A program made the translations under genes and the position numbers. The notes beneath the pieces were generated by a model, which made no database searches, had not been told where the DNA came from, and worked only from the letters and a program-made list of their open reading frames with translations. Of a DNA stretch of 64,000 nucleotides, positions 19,206 to 29,362 are shown piece by piece; the stretch's first letter is position 1; each line of letters opens with the position of its first letter. Source of the stretch: Planctomycetota bacterium (GTDB taxonomy: Bacteria; Planctomycetota; UBA1135; UBA2386); the NCBI GenBank assembly GCA_965228735.1, contig OZ245838.1, forward strand, positions 3,712,001 to 3,776,000, read 5' to 3'.

Positions 19206-20285
19206 ATGCGCGTCGCGGCCTACGTCTACACCGGCTGGCACCCGATCGCGGAGCGCGACGCCGCATTCCACCCCGGGTTCACCGAGTGGGAGCTGGTGCG
19301 CGACTGCCGGCCGCGGTTCGCTGGCCACCGCCAACCGCGGGTGCCGGCACTCGGCGAGTACGACGACCGCGACCCCGTCGCGTTCGGGCAACGGATCGGC
19401 CTCGCCCGCGACCACGGGATCGACGCACTCGTGTTCGGCGTGTTCTGGTGCCGCGGCAAGCGCGTGTTCGAGGCCGGGCTCGACCAGGGCTTTCTCACCG
19501 GCCCGCACCGCGACATGCCCTTTGCCTGCATGTGGGCCAATCGCCTGCCGCGGCGCGTGCTGCCCGTGCGGCGCACCGATGCGGCAGTGATCGGCGACGA
19601 TCGGCGCGTGCCGAGCGACGTCGACGACTTCGTGCAGTTCGTCGCGATGCTCGCGGAGAACTACTTCGTGCGGCCCAACTACCTGACCGTCGAGGGCCGC
19701 AGCTACCTGTCGATCTTCGACTCGACGTTCTTCGCGCAGGAGCTCGGCCACGACCACGCGCGCGCCGCGATCGCGGCTGCGCGCACCTGGCTGCGCGAGC
19801 ACGGCCACCCCGATCTGCATCTCGCGGCGATCGAACCCAACGCCGACGTGTTGCCGATCGTGCGCGACCTCGGCTTCGACAGCGTGACGCATTACGTCTT
19901 CCTGCCCGATTGGAAGGGGCCGTTCGAGCAGGACTACACGGAGTACGCGCGGCTGCGGGCGGGCCAGTGGCAGGGCCAGGCCGATCGTTCCGGATTGCCG
20001 TATATGCCTGCCGTGACAACGGGTTGGGACGCCTCGCCGCGCGGCGCCGACTTCGGCCCGGCGCGCCCCGACAAATATCCGTGGGCGCCGGTCGTAACGG
20101 GGGAGCATCCCGAGTCGTTCGGGGCCGCCTTGGAGCGTGCGATCGCGTTCCGATCGCCGGTGGGAGTCGAGGACCCGCTCGTGCTCGTCGCGTCACTCAA
20201 CGAGTGGAGCGAAGGGCACTACCTCGAACCCGACGAGCGGTTCGGGACCGGCTGGCTCGAGGCCGTCCGAGCGGCGCGACGTTGA
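19206..20285 (+). CDS. Glycoside hydrolase family 99-like / WbsX-family protein
   Basis: GFTEWELV, P.LGEYD, LARDHGID, FACMWAN, GWDASPR and NEWSEGHYLEPD..FG..WLEAV are characteristic motifs. Confidence 0.82.
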   Translation: MRVAAYVYTGWHPIAERDAAFHPGFTEWELVRDCRPRFAGHRQPRVPALGEYDDRDPVAFGQRIGLARDHGIDALVFGVFWCRGKRVFEAGLDQGFLTGPHRDMPFACMWANRLPRRVLPVRRTDAAVIGDDRRVPSDVDDFVQFVAMLAENYFVRPNYLTVEGRSYLSIFDSTFFAQELGHDHARAAIAAARTWLREHGHPDLHLAAIEPNADVLPIVRDLGFDSVTHYVFLPDWKGPFEQDYTEYARLRAGQWQGQADRSGLPYMPAVTTGWDASPRGADFGPARPDKYPWAPVVTGEHPESFGAALERAIAFRSPVGVEDPLVLVASLNEWSEGHYLEPDERFGTGWLEAVRAARR

Positions 20286-20319
20286 CCCGCATCCGACCAA
20301 CCACCATCCTCCACGCCCC

Positions 20320-20886
20320 GTGCTCACGTTCCTTGCCGATATCGACATCGATGGCAGCATCGGTGGCAGTCTGCTCTTTGCGATCATCTGCGCCGTGATC
20401 GCGCCGGGCCGCGGGCGCAGCGCGCTCGCCTGGTTCTTCATCGGCCTGTTCCTGAGCTGCATCGGCCTGATCATCCTGCTGCTGATCCCGGACCTGAAGG
20501 AACAGGAGGCGCGCGAACGGTCGCGCGGCAAGAGCGTCAGACGACTGAAGGAGCAGCTGAAGAAGGAGCGTCAGGTCGCCGATCAGCGCCACGCTGCGCA
20601 CGCGGAACGACTCGACGCGCACGACCGCGCACTCGGCATCGATACGCGACCGGAACTCACCCACGAGGAGACCGCCGCGATCGACGCGCCACCGGCGTTC
20701 CCACCCCCGCCGCCGGACCCGGCCGAACGCATGTGGTTCTTCGCGGCGAACGAGAAGCAGCTCGGCCCGGTCTCGGAGTCCCAGCTCAAGGAACTGCACC
20801 GCGGCGGCCAGATCACCGACGACACCCTCGTCTGGAGCGAAGGCATGGCCGACTGGGAACCGTTCGCCGACACCCCCGAACTCTGA
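20320..20886 (+). CDS. Membrane protein with C-terminal GYF_2 (DUF4339) domain
   Basis: Two N-terminal TMs, a coiled-coil, a Pro-rich linker, then WFFA..EKQLGPVS..QL..L...GQITDDTLVWSEGMADW. GTG start inferred. Confidence 0.78.
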   Translation: MLTFLADIDIDGSIGGSLLFAIICAVIAPGRGRSALAWFFIGLFLSCIGLIILLLIPDLKEQEARERSRGKSVRRLKEQLKKERQVADQRHAAHAERLDAHDRALGIDTRPELTHEETAAIDAPPAFPPPPPDPAERMWFFAANEKQLGPVSESQLKELHRGGQITDDTLVWSEGMADWEPFADTPEL

Positions 20887-20915
20887 CGGCCGTACGGTAC
20901 CTGGTTCATCCTGCC
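20887..20915 (+). repeat. Dispersed repeat family B, copy 1
   Basis: CGGCCGTACGGTACCTGGTTCATCCTGCC immediately after the stop codon at 20886. Matches 36997-37025 (reverse) and 54617-54644. Confidence 0.8.
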
Positions 20916-20938
20916 GGTTTCGCCGGCATCGCCACTGA

Positions 20939-21328
20939 CTACCGGGAACTCGATGTGCTGGCGGAGATGTCGTCGGCCGTTCCGAGTTCGGTGTCCGGGC
21001 CGGCACTTGTCACGGTGAACGTCAATGGCGTTCCGGCGGCACTCAATCGGTAGGCCTGGCCCCAGGGGTCCGAGCGCCCCGGCGCAACGAGGTACTGCGA
21101 CCAACGTCCCAGCGGCGGATCAACCAGCAACGCAAGCGTCGGTATGAGGCCGGTCTCGCGGTGGAAGAACACCGCGGCTTGGGAGTAAATCTGGCACCAA
21201 ATCTCGGCGGTCAGGCCCCGAGACGGCACCCTGCTGATCCCGGTACGACTCAGGTCTGCGAGCAGTACGATCGCAATGACTGCCAGCATGACCCCACCAA
21301 GCCAGGCACCCGAGCGCGACGGCTGCAC
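20939..21328 (-). CDS. GspG-like pseudopilin family protein (divergent)
   Basis: N-terminal hydrophobic helix and DPWGQAY...SAGPD..LGTADDI C-terminal GspG signature. No clear prepilin cleavage site; start uncertain. Confidence 0.6.
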   Translation of the reverse strand: MQPSRSGAWLGGVMLAVIAIVLLADLSRTGISRVPSRGLTAEIWCQIYSQAAVFFHRETGLIPTLALLVDPPLGRWSQYLVAPGRSDPWGQAYRLSAAGTPLTFTVTSAGPDTELGTADDISASTSSSR

Positions 21329-21347
21329 TACACCATCCTGCCGACCA

Positions 21348-21749
21348 TCAGCCGTTGCTGTGACGCGACGACACGTCGTCCTCGTCACCCGCGGAGCGGT
21401 TGCGACCGAGGCTCTTCACCTCGAAGTCCGGCGGCATGCCGTCGGCGAGGATGATGTAGTCGCCGCCCCACGGGTCCTTCGGGATCTGCTCGAGGTAGGA
21501 GAAGCCGTTCCTGCGCTCGGTCAGCTCCTGCAGCTCCGGCACACGACCGCGGTCGATGAAGAACATGCGCGCTGCGCCGACGATCGTCGAGCAGTCCATG
21601 CGCGCCTTCTCGAGCTTCGCGCGCTCGCTGCTCTGCATCACGTTGGGCACGATCAGCGCCGCGAGCAGGCCGAGGATCAGCACCACGACCATGACTTCGA
21701 TCAGGGTGAACCCGCCGCTACGGCGGGCCGCGGAATGAAGTGTCGTCAT
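21348..21749 (-). CDS. gspG: Type II secretion major pseudopilin GspG-like protein
   Basis: Prepilin site G|FTLIEVMVVVLILGLLAALIVPNV, then YLEQIPKDPWGGDY and SLGRN...GDEDDV. Confidence 0.82.
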   Translation of the reverse strand: MTTLHSAARRSGGFTLIEVMVVVLILGLLAALIVPNVMQSSERAKLEKARMDCSTIVGAARMFFIDRGRVPELQELTERRNGFSYLEQIPKDPWGGDYIILADGMPPDFEVKSLGRNRSAGDEDDVSSRHSNG

Positions 21750-21817
21750 CGCCGGAATCCGACGGTGACGGCGGCCCCGGTATTCCCGAACGGAGCGGCC
21801 GAACTCAGCAACGCAAT

Positions 21818-23542
21818 TCAGCGACCCAGCGCGGCGAGCACCTTCGCCTTCACGTCGGTCGCCGCGCAGTCGCTCTTCTCCATGCCCTTGCGCACGAGGA
21901 ACTCGACCTGCCCCTCGCCCGCCTTGCGGCCGACGAAGACCTGCAGCGGCAGCCCCATGAGCTCGTGGTCCTTGAACTTGGCGCCCGGGCTCATCTTGCG
22001 ATCGTCAAGGCACACCTCGACGCCAGCGGCTTCGAGTTCGTTGTAGAGCTTCTCCGCAAGTTCCTGCTGCTCCGCGCGCTTGGAATCGAGCATCGCGACG
22101 ACGCATTCAAAGGGCGCGATCGGCACGGGCCAGACCATGCCTTTGTCGTCGAAGTGCTGCTCCACGGCCGACGCGGGCGTGCGCGACACGCCGATGCCGT
22201 AGCACCCCATGACGAACGGCGCCGGCTTGCCGCCCTGGTCCATGAACGTCGCGCCCATGGCCGAGCTGTACTTCGTGCCGAGCTTGAAGATGTGCCCGAC
22301 CTCGATGCCGCGGGCCTCTTCGAGCGGCTTGCCCGACACCGGGCAACCCTCGCCGGCGCGCGCGAGACGCAGATCGTGGAACTCGGGCTTGCTGCAATCG
22401 CGCCCGAGGTTGACGTCGAGGCAGTGATAGCCGGTCTCGTTGCAGCCGGTCAGCAGGTTGGTTCGACCCTCGAGCGAGACGTCGGCGAGCAGCCGAACGT
22501 CCTCGGGCAGGTTCACCGGCCCGGCAAAGCCCGTCTCCGCGCCCGTCGCGGCCTTGATCTCGTCGTCCGTAGCGAGCCGCACGCTCAGCGCGTCGAGCAC
22601 GTTCACGAGCTTGACCTCGTTGATCTCGAGATCACCGCGCATCATCACGGCGACCGTCTTCTCCTCGTCCTTCCACGTGGCGCGATAGAGCACGGTCTTG
22701 GCCATGCGCCCCGGGACCCAGCCGTCGAAGAACTCCTCGAGCTGGGCGACCGTCTTCACGCCCGGCGTCTCGTGCTTGCTCATGTCACGCACGTCACCGC
22801 CGGCCGGCGCGTCGGGCAGCTGGCTCGTCGCCTTCTCGACGTTGGCCGCGTAGCCGCTGTCCTTGCAGAACAGGATCGCGTCCTCGCCCGTGTCGGCGAT
22901 GACCATGAACTCCTCGCTGCCAGCACCGCCGATCGCGCCCGAGTCGGCCTGCACGATCGTGTAGTCGAGCCCGCAGCGCTCGAAGATGCGGCAGTAGGCG
23001 TTGCGCATCTTCTGATACGCGACGTCGAGTGCTGTGTCGTCCACGTCGAACGAGTACGCGTCCATCATGATGAACTCGCGCCCGCGCATCAGCCCGAAGC
23101 GCGGCCGGATCTCGTCGCGGAACTTGTCCTGGATCTGGTAGCAGTTGACGGGCAGCTGCTTGTAGCTGTTGACCTGCGCCGACACGAACGTGGTCATGAC
23201 CTCCTCGTGCGTCGGGCCGAGGCACATCTCGGTGCCCTTGCGGTCCTGCAGCGAGAACATGATCCCGTCGGTCACGTAGCGGTCCCAGCGACCGCTGCTC
23301 TGCCACAGTTCGGCCGGCTGGATGATCGGCAGCATCACCTCGTTGGCCCCTTCGCGGTCGAGTTCCTCCCGCACGATCTGCGCGAACTTCTGCACGACGC
23401 GCCACATCAGCGGCGAGTAGACGTAGACGCCCGCGGCGATCTTCACGATGAAGCCGGCGCGCGCGAGCAGCTTGTGGCTCGGGATCTCCGCGTCGGCGGG
23501 ATCGTCACGCAGGGTCGAGATCAGGATCTGGCTGAGGCGCAT
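21818..23542 (-). CDS. proS: Proline--tRNA ligase (bacterial type with INS editing domain)
   Basis: MRLSQ...DAEIPSHKLL.RAG, LGPTHEE, KFRDEIRPRFGLMRGREFIMMDAYSF, RGIEVGHIFKLGTKYS and MGCYGIGVSR. Confidence 0.97.
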   Translation of the reverse strand: MRLSQILISTLRDDPADAEIPSHKLLARAGFIVKIAAGVYVYSPLMWRVVQKFAQIVREELDREGANEVMLPIIQPAELWQSSGRWDRYVTDGIMFSLQDRKGTEMCLGPTHEEVMTTFVSAQVNSYKQLPVNCYQIQDKFRDEIRPRFGLMRGREFIMMDAYSFDVDDTALDVAYQKMRNAYCRIFERCGLDYTIVQADSGAIGGAGSEEFMVIADTGEDAILFCKDSGYAANVEKATSQLPDAPAGGDVRDMSKHETPGVKTVAQLEEFFDGWVPGRMAKTVLYRATWKDEEKTVAVMMRGDLEINEVKLVNVLDALSVRLATDDEIKAATGAETGFAGPVNLPEDVRLLADVSLEGRTNLLTGCNETGYHCLDVNLGRDCSKPEFHDLRLARAGEGCPVSGKPLEEARGIEVGHIFKLGTKYSSAMGATFMDQGGKPAPFVMGCYGIGVSRTPASAVEQHFDDKGMVWPVPIAPFECVVAMLDSKRAEQQELAEKLYNELEAAGVEVCLDDRKMSPGAKFKDHELMGLPLQVFVGRKAGEGQVEFLVRKGMEKSDCAATDVKAKVLAALGR

Positions 23543-23580
23543 TGGGCGGAGGACTCTACCGATGGCCGCGACACAGAGGA

Positions 23581-23651
23581 ATCTCCCAGCCGATCTCGCC
23601 GCCGATCTCGCAGCGAATCTCGCAGCGGGTCTCGCAATCGGGTCTCGCAAT
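23581..23651 (+). repeat. Degenerate 12-13 bp tandem repeat, about 6 units (core [A/G]TCTCGCA)
   Basis: ATCTCCCAGCCG ATCTCGCCGCCG ATCTCGCAGCGA ATCTCGCAGCGG GTCTCGCAATCGG GTCTCGCAAT, in the divergent intergenic region upstream of proS. Confidence 0.8.
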
Positions 23652-23731
23652 TTGGGAACCGGGCCCGGGCGCTCGCGTCGAAGCCCGGCACGCCTTTCCC
23701 GCAGCCGTCCCGCGCCCGGCACCAACGACCA

Positions 23732-25345
23732 ATGCGCCAATCCGCTTCGACCATTCTGCTCCTCGCCGCCGCCGTCAGCGCGGCCGCCTGCGGCACTTCC
23801 AAGAACGAACCCATCGATCTCACCGAGCCCGCGCGGCACCGCCCCGAACGGCAGAGCCTGCTGCGCGAGCGCGACGAGATCGCCGGGCGGCCCATCGTCG
23901 TCCGGGACCAAAACGGCTGGAGCCAGCGCCTCGTCGCGGGCAGTGGCGGCGCGCGCGCAGGCGAACCATCGCGGCTCGCGAAACTGCACGCGCGCGGCCC
24001 GGGCAGCGCCGGCCCGGCGACCGGCGGACCCGGCGCCGGGGCCGGCGCGCACGACTTCTACCTCGACGGCGCCAAATCTGCCGGCCCGACGACGGGCGGC
24101 CCCGCGGGCCCGGGTGCCGGCGGACCGATGACCCCGGGCGCTGGCAGCCCCACCGCCCGACCGGTCGCCGACCCGGCCAGTCCGGCCGGCTCACCGGTCG
24201 CGACGTTCGGCGCGATTGCGGAAGGCGGCGAAGCCGCACCGGAGGCGAGGCTCGAGGCCCCCCGTGACAACGCGACCGTCGCACCGCTCGCGGCGGGCTC
24301 GACCGACGACAACGTCGAGTTCAGCGACTTCCTCGAGTTCCTCGAAGACGCGCGCAAGAACGCGGGACTGAAGAACCGCTTCGTCGACCTCGACGTCGCG
24401 GGCCGCTGCAGCATTCGCGTCGTCGACCGCGACGGCACGTGCGTGCCGGGTCGCCGCGTCACGGTCGTCAACGAGACGGGCGACAAGATCATCTGGCGCG
24501 GCACGACGCAGGGCGACGGCCGCGTGCCGTTCTACCCCGCCGTGGCCGGCAGCGGTGACGATCTGCTCATCGTCGAGGTCGCGGACGCGACCGGCACGCG
24601 CATGGTGCGCCACGCTTGGGACGGCGCGGCCGACACGGTCGTGCGCCTGCCCGAAGAACGCACAGCGCTCGAGCCGCTGCAGCTCGACGTCGCGTTCGTC
24701 ATCGACACGACCGGCTCGATGCGCGACGAGATCGCGGCCATCAAGGCGACGCTGCTGTCGACGACCGCGCGACTGCGGGCGCTGGGCCGCGAGTTCGACC
24801 TGCGCTACGGCGCGGTGCTCTACCGTGACATCGGCGACGAGTACGTGACCGCGCAGCACCCGTTCACGGGTGACATCGAGGCGTTCGACGAAGTGCTGAA
24901 GAGCGTCACGGCGAACGGCGGTGGCGACGGCCCGGAGTCGCTCAATCAGGGCCTCGCGGTCGCGGTCGACGGACTCGAGTGGCGCGCGGGCGCGGCCAAG
25001 GTCGCGTTCCTCATCGCCGACGCGCCGCCGCACCTGGACTACGAGAACGACGTGCCCTACGGCGACAGCCTGCAGGCGGCCGTCGCGCGCGGCATCCGCA
25101 CGCACACGGTCGCGGCGAGCGGCCTCGACGACGCGGGCAGCGTCGTGATGCGGCAGATCGCGCAGTTCACGCGCGGCGAGTTCGTGTTCATCGAGTACGG
25201 CGGCAGCGTGCAGAAGTCCGCTGCGGCCCACGGCGTGAACAAGGCGACGGGCAACAACCTCGACGACATCCTCTACACGCGGATCCGCGACGAGATCGCG
25301 CACTGGGGTCGCCCCGACGCGGCGCTCGTCGCCGCCGGCAGGTAG
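23732..25345 (+). CDS. vWA-domain lipoprotein
   Basis: Lipobox VSAAAC, a Gly/Pro-rich linker, an Ig-like segment, then vWA MIDAS DTTGSM, GGGDGPES and LIADAPPH. Confidence 0.82.
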   Translation: MRQSASTILLLAAAVSAAACGTSKNEPIDLTEPARHRPERQSLLRERDEIAGRPIVVRDQNGWSQRLVAGSGGARAGEPSRLAKLHARGPGSAGPATGGPGAGAGAHDFYLDGAKSAGPTTGGPAGPGAGGPMTPGAGSPTARPVADPASPAGSPVATFGAIAEGGEAAPEARLEAPRDNATVAPLAAGSTDDNVEFSDFLEFLEDARKNAGLKNRFVDLDVAGRCSIRVVDRDGTCVPGRRVTVVNETGDKIIWRGTTQGDGRVPFYPAVAGSGDDLLIVEVADATGTRMVRHAWDGAADTVVRLPEERTALEPLQLDVAFVIDTTGSMRDEIAAIKATLLSTTARLRALGREFDLRYGAVLYRDIGDEYVTAQHPFTGDIEAFDEVLKSVTANGGGDGPESLNQGLAVAVDGLEWRAGAAKVAFLIADAPPHLDYENDVPYGDSLQAAVARGIRTHTVAASGLDDAGSVVMRQIAQFTRGEFVFIEYGGSVQKSAAAHGVNKATGNNLDDILYTRIRDEIAHWGRPDAALVAAGR

Positions 25346-25369
25346 CGACGCCGCGGGTCGAACCGAGCG

Positions 25370-25695
25370 TCAGCGGCCTTTGTGTTGATCGCGACCCAGG
25401 CCTCGACCGTGAGGTGGCGCTTCGGCAGCTTCGGCTTGGACTGCTTGAAGTCGTCGGCGAGCACGACGCGCGTCGTCTTGCCGTCGAACCACAGCGACGA
25501 TCCCGACGGGCCCTTCACGAACTCCAGCTTGCCGGTGACGCGACCGTCGACACCGAGCAGCGACACGAGCTTGCCGTCCTTCACGAACTTCTCGCCGAGC
25601 CGCCAGCTGCCGATCGGGTCGGGGCCGTCGTGCGGCGTCGCCGACGCGAAGAACGGGGCGATCACGAGTGCCAGAAGGGCGAGGACGTGCTTCAT
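25370..25695 (-). pseudogene. Truncated secreted LamG-like (concanavalin fold) protein fragment
   Basis: Good signal peptide and LamG-type SLWFDG...LTVEAWV. The frame loses protein-like character about 105 aa in and runs into the 3' end of the convergent vWA gene. Confidence 0.45.
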
Positions 25696-25721
25696 CGCCG
25701 CAGTCTAGGCATGATGCAGCG

Positions 25722-27188
25722 ATGCGCCGCATCGCCTTCCTCGTCGCAGCGACCTTTGCCGCACCCTTCACGCTGCCCGCCCAGGATCGCCTGCCCAACG
25801 TCGTCGTCATCTTCATCGACGACCTCGGCTACGCCGACATCGGGCCGTTCGGCGCGGACATCCCGACGCCGCACCTCGACCGCATGGCCGCGCAGGGCAT
25901 GCGATTCACCGACTTCTCCGTGCCGACCGCGGTGTGCTCCGCCTCGCGTGCGTCGCTGCTCACCGGCTGCTACAACCGGCGCCTCGGGATCTCCGGCGCC
26001 TACGGCCCGCGCAGCAAGCGCGGCATCAACCCCGACGAGGTCACGCTCGCGGAGCTCTGCAAGCAGAAGGACTACCGGACCGCGTGCTTCGGCAAGTGGC
26101 ACCTCGGCCATCATCCGAAGTTCCTGCCGCTGCAGCACGGGTTCGACGAGTACTACGGCCTGCCCTACAGCAACGACATGTGGCCGCTGCACCCGGCCTA
26201 CGCGCACCTGCCGACGGCGGCGGAGAAGCGCAAGAAGGGTTACCCCGACCTGCCGCTCATCGACGGCAACGCGGTCGTCGATCGCGAGGTCACCGGCGAG
26301 GAACAGGCGCAGCTCACGACGCAATACACCGAGCGCGCCGTCGACTTCATCGCGCGCAACAAGGACAACCCGTTCTTCCTCTACGTCCCGCACAGCATGG
26401 TGCACGTGCCGTTGTTCGTCAGCGACAAGTTCGAGGGCAAGAGCGGACACGGCCTGTTCGGCGACGTCGTCATGGAGGTCGACTGGTCGGCCGGTCAGAT
26501 CCTCGCCGAGCTCGAGGAACACGACCTGCAGAAGGACACGCTCGTCGTGTTCACGGGCGACAACGGTCCGTGGCTCAGCTACGGCAACCACGCGGGCTCG
26601 ACCGGCGGCTTCCGCGAGGGCAAGGGCACGATGTTCGAGGGCGGCATCCGCGAACCGACCGTCATGTGGTGGCCGGGCCGCATCCCGGCCGGCACGACGT
26701 GCGACGAGTTCGCCTCGACGATCGATCTGCTGCCGACGGTCGCCGCGTTGATCGGCGCGGAGCTGCCCGACCACAAGATCGACGGTCTCGACATCCGCCC
26801 GCTGATGTTCGGCGAGGACGGCGCGCAGTCGCCACACCAGGAGTTCTACGGCTACTACGCCGGCGGCCAGCTGCAGTCCGTGCGCGACCGCCGCTGGAAG
26901 CTGCACCTGCCGCACGGCTATCGCACGCTGAACGGTCGGGAAGGCGGCAAGGACGGCTCGCCCGTGAACTACGAGCAGGGCAAGATCGGCCTCGAGCTGT
27001 TCGACCTGAAGAACGACCCGGCCGAGACGACGGACCTCTCGGCCGAACGACCGGAGATCATGAAGCGCCTCCTCGCCGCGGCCGAACGCGCGCGCACGGA
27101 GCTCGGCGATCGCCTCACGAAGCGCAAGGGCAAGGGCGTCCGCCCCGTCGGCAAGCTCGAGCCCGGCGATGCCGAGTTGAAGTGGTAG
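25722..27188 (+). CDS. Cys-type arylsulfatase family sulfatase, secreted
   Basis: [13 protein letters not shown], formylglycine motif [21 protein letters not shown] and FEGGIREP. Signal peptide present. Confidence 0.92.
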   Translation: MRRIAFLVAATFAAPFTLPAQDRLPNVVVIFIDDLGYADIGPFGADIPTPHLDRMAAQGMRFTDFSVPTAVCSASRASLLTGCYNRRLGISGAYGPRSKRGINPDEVTLAELCKQKDYRTACFGKWHLGHHPKFLPLQHGFDEYYGLPYSNDMWPLHPAYAHLPTAAEKRKKGYPDLPLIDGNAVVDREVTGEEQAQLTTQYTERAVDFIARNKDNPFFLYVPHSMVHVPLFVSDKFEGKSGHGLFGDVVMEVDWSAGQILAELEEHDLQKDTLVVFTGDNGPWLSYGNHAGSTGGFREGKGTMFEGGIREPTVMWWPGRIPAGTTCDEFASTIDLLPTVAALIGAELPDHKIDGLDIRPLMFGEDGAQSPHQEFYGYYAGGQLQSVRDRRWKLHLPHGYRTLNGREGGKDGSPVNYEQGKIGLELFDLKNDPAETTDLSAERPEIMKRLLAAAERARTELGDRLTKRKGKGVRPVGKLEPGDAELKW

Positions 27189-27817
27189 AGCGGCCGACGA
27201 TCGACCTCGATCCGGGGCATGGCCTGCTCGACGTCGCGCCGCCGCGGCGGCACACGCTCGGGCGCTGGTTGCAGCTCGCGCACACGAGCGGGATCGGCGC
27301 AGTCGCGCTGGCGCTGGTCGTTGTCGGTGCGGTGCTCGGCGGGATCCTCGTCATCGGCCAGCTCGCGGGCGCCGAGATGAAGGGGCTCGAACGCTACGGC
27401 GCCGCTGGATTCTACATCGCGTGTGCGACGGCGATCGCGGCCGGCTGCGGCTGCTACGCCCTGTTCTCGTGGCGGCGCCGCGAACACTTCCGCTTGTTCC
27501 GGCATGGCGCGGCCACGGTCGGCCAGGTCGCCGCGATCGAGGTGCTGTCGCGTTCGGCGTGGTGGCGGCGTTGGCGCTTCCACCACGACCTCGCGCCGAA
27601 TCCGACGCGCGGGCGCTTCGCGGTGCGCTACCGCTATCGGGTCGGCGACCGGACGTTCGAAGCCGAGGATCGCGTCGACTCGCGCCATGGCGCGCGCGCG
27701 CTCGCCACGCTGCCCGAACCGCGGCGCGGCGATCGGCTCACCGTGCTGTTCGATTCGAACAAGCCGGAGCGGAGCGTGCTGGCCCTCGCGATCGGGGAGG
27801 GTCTCGTCGATCCGTAG
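27182..27817 (+). CDS. DUF3592-like membrane protein
   Basis: Two TMs, then G..TVGQV...[12 protein letters not shown]...[19 protein letters not shown] start overlaps the sulfatase stop. Confidence 0.6.
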   Translation: MVERPTIDLDPGHGLLDVAPPRRHTLGRWLQLAHTSGIGAVALALVVVGAVLGGILVIGQLAGAEMKGLERYGAAGFYIACATAIAAGCGCYALFSWRRREHFRLFRHGAATVGQVAAIEVLSRSAWWRRWRFHHDLAPNPTRGRFAVRYRYRVGDRTFEAEDRVDSRHGARALATLPEPRRGDRLTVLFDSNKPERSVLALAIGEGLVDP

Positions 27818-27846
27818 CGATCGGGGAGTGGCCAGGCGTCGGCCGC

Positions 27847-28668
27847 TCAGCCCCCCTCCGGCGGCGGCGGCGGCGGCGGGAACATGCCCGTGAGCCAGCT
27901 GCACCAGCCGTCCGCTTCGGCGGCGGCGGCCTTGGCGCCGTCGCCGTAGAAGAACACCTGCAGCGTCGCCATCTGCATGCCCATGCAGTCCATCGCGCTG
28001 AGCATCAGAATGCCCGGGTTGGGCTGGTCGACGGCCACCGTGATACCGCGGCCCTGCGGCAGGTCGTCGACGTCGCGCACCTTGCCGGCGATCGGAACGA
28101 GGCCGGCCGGCTCGAGCTCGACCCGCTGCGCGACCTCGGGGTCGCCGCCGAGCTCGTCGACGAGTCGCTGCCAGATCTCGGCCTTCGACTGCGCGGTCGG
28201 CGCCATGCCGACGAACGACGCCGCGGGCTGACCCGCGTAGTTCTCGAGGTAGAAGCGCAGCACGCGGAAGTAGCCGGGCCAGCCGGTCTCCGTGTGTTCG
28301 ATCTGACCGTCCCATTCGTCGGTGCTCGCGAACAGACTGTGCACGACACGGACGACGCACGTCCCGCCCCCCTTGGCCTCGACCGTCCATTCGGTAGCGA
28401 TGGTCGGCCCACCCTGGAGCCACGAGTCGTCCTCGGCGACCATCCGCATCGGCGGCTGCCACTCCGTGATCTTCGACGCCGTGACCATCCCGCCGCCGAA
28501 GTCACACGACAACGTGCCGCCGACCTTGCCTTCAACGGTCGTCGGAACGAACCACGCCGAGATGCCGGGCCCGGAGGCGATCGCCTCCCAGACCTGCTCC
28601 GGGGTGCCGGGGACTTCGACTTCGACCTGGACGCTGCGACGGCCTGAGGCCTCTTTCTTCACACTCAT
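27847..28668 (-). CDS. SRPBCC / AHSA1-like domain protein
   Basis: VEVPGTPEQVWEAIASGPGISAWF...ITEWQPP...VRVVHS...GW. ATGA coupling to the upstream regulator. Confidence 0.8.
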   Translation of the reverse strand: MSVKKEASGRRSVQVEVEVPGTPEQVWEAIASGPGISAWFVPTTVEGKVGGTLSCDFGGGMVTASKITEWQPPMRMVAEDDSWLQGGPTIATEWTVEAKGGGTCVVRVVHSLFASTDEWDGQIEHTETGWPGYFRVLRFYLENYAGQPAASFVGMAPTAQSKAEIWQRLVDELGGDPEVAQRVELEPAGLVPIAGKVRDVDDLPQGRGITVAVDQPNPGILMLSAMDCMGMQMATLQVFFYGDGAKAAAAEADGWCSWLTGMFPPPPPPPEGG

Positions 28669-29333
28669 TCGGGGGCTCCGCTGGTTGGGGGTTGGTGGTC
28701 GGAGGGATCGTTGGTTGATGTCTCGGAGGGTTCGCCATCCGGCGCCGGCACGGGCAACGGATGCGCGACGAGCACGACGCGGTGCCGTCGGCCGCCGGGC
28801 GCCGACTCGTCGTGGTAGCGCGCGGCAAGATCCTGCACGGCCGTGGTGAGCTCGGCGCTGAACGCGGCGCGCTCGGCCGCGCTGCGAAAGCGGATCTCGG
28901 TGTCGATCGACAGCGTCGCGAGGCGCTGCTGGCGCGCAAACGCCTGCCGCACGAGGTCGCCGACCTCACGCACCGCGCGCGCCGCGAGCGCGATGAGGTA
29001 ACTCGCGGACAGCCGATCGGCCGCGTGTTCGGGCACGGCTTCGACCGGCCCCATCGCGCCCGGCGACACCACGTAGGCCGTCGCGGTCGCGACCAGCCGG
29101 CGCTCGGTCAGCCCACCCCACTTGCGCGTCGAGTCCTCGCGCACGAGCCCGTGCCGAGCCAGCGTGCGGAGGTGGTAGTGCACCTTCTGCCGCGGCATCC
29201 CGACCCGCGACGCGAGCGTCGCCGCGCTCGCGGGCGTCGCCAACTCGGCGAGCAACCGCGACCGGATCGGATCGAGCGCGACCGACGCGGCCGCAGGGTC
29301 CTCGATGACTTCGACAGCCTGCACGGGCCCCAT
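28665..29333 (-). CDS. ArsR-like winged-helix transcriptional regulator
   Basis: ALDPIRSRLLAELATPASAATLASRVGMPRQKVHYHLRTLARHGLV...TER. Coupled to the SRPBCC gene. Confidence 0.85.
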   Translation of the reverse strand: MGPVQAVEVIEDPAAASVALDPIRSRLLAELATPASAATLASRVGMPRQKVHYHLRTLARHGLVREDSTRKWGGLTERRLVATATAYVVSPGAMGPVEAVPEHAADRLSASYLIALAARAVREVGDLVRQAFARQQRLATLSIDTEIRFRSAAERAAFSAELTTAVQDLAARYHDESAPGGRRHRVVLVAHPLPVPAPDGEPSETSTNDPSDHQPPTSGAPE

Positions 29334-29341
29334 CGATACCC

Positions 29342-29361
29342 TTGACAACATTATTTGTCAA
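29342..29361. promoter_or_regulatory. Perfect 7-6-7 palindrome, probable operator/promoter of the ArsR-like regulator
   Basis: TTGACAA-CATTAT-TTGTCAA: an AT-rich island about 10 bp upstream of the regulator start, containing TTGACA on both strands. Confidence 0.7.
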
Positions 29362-29362
29362 T

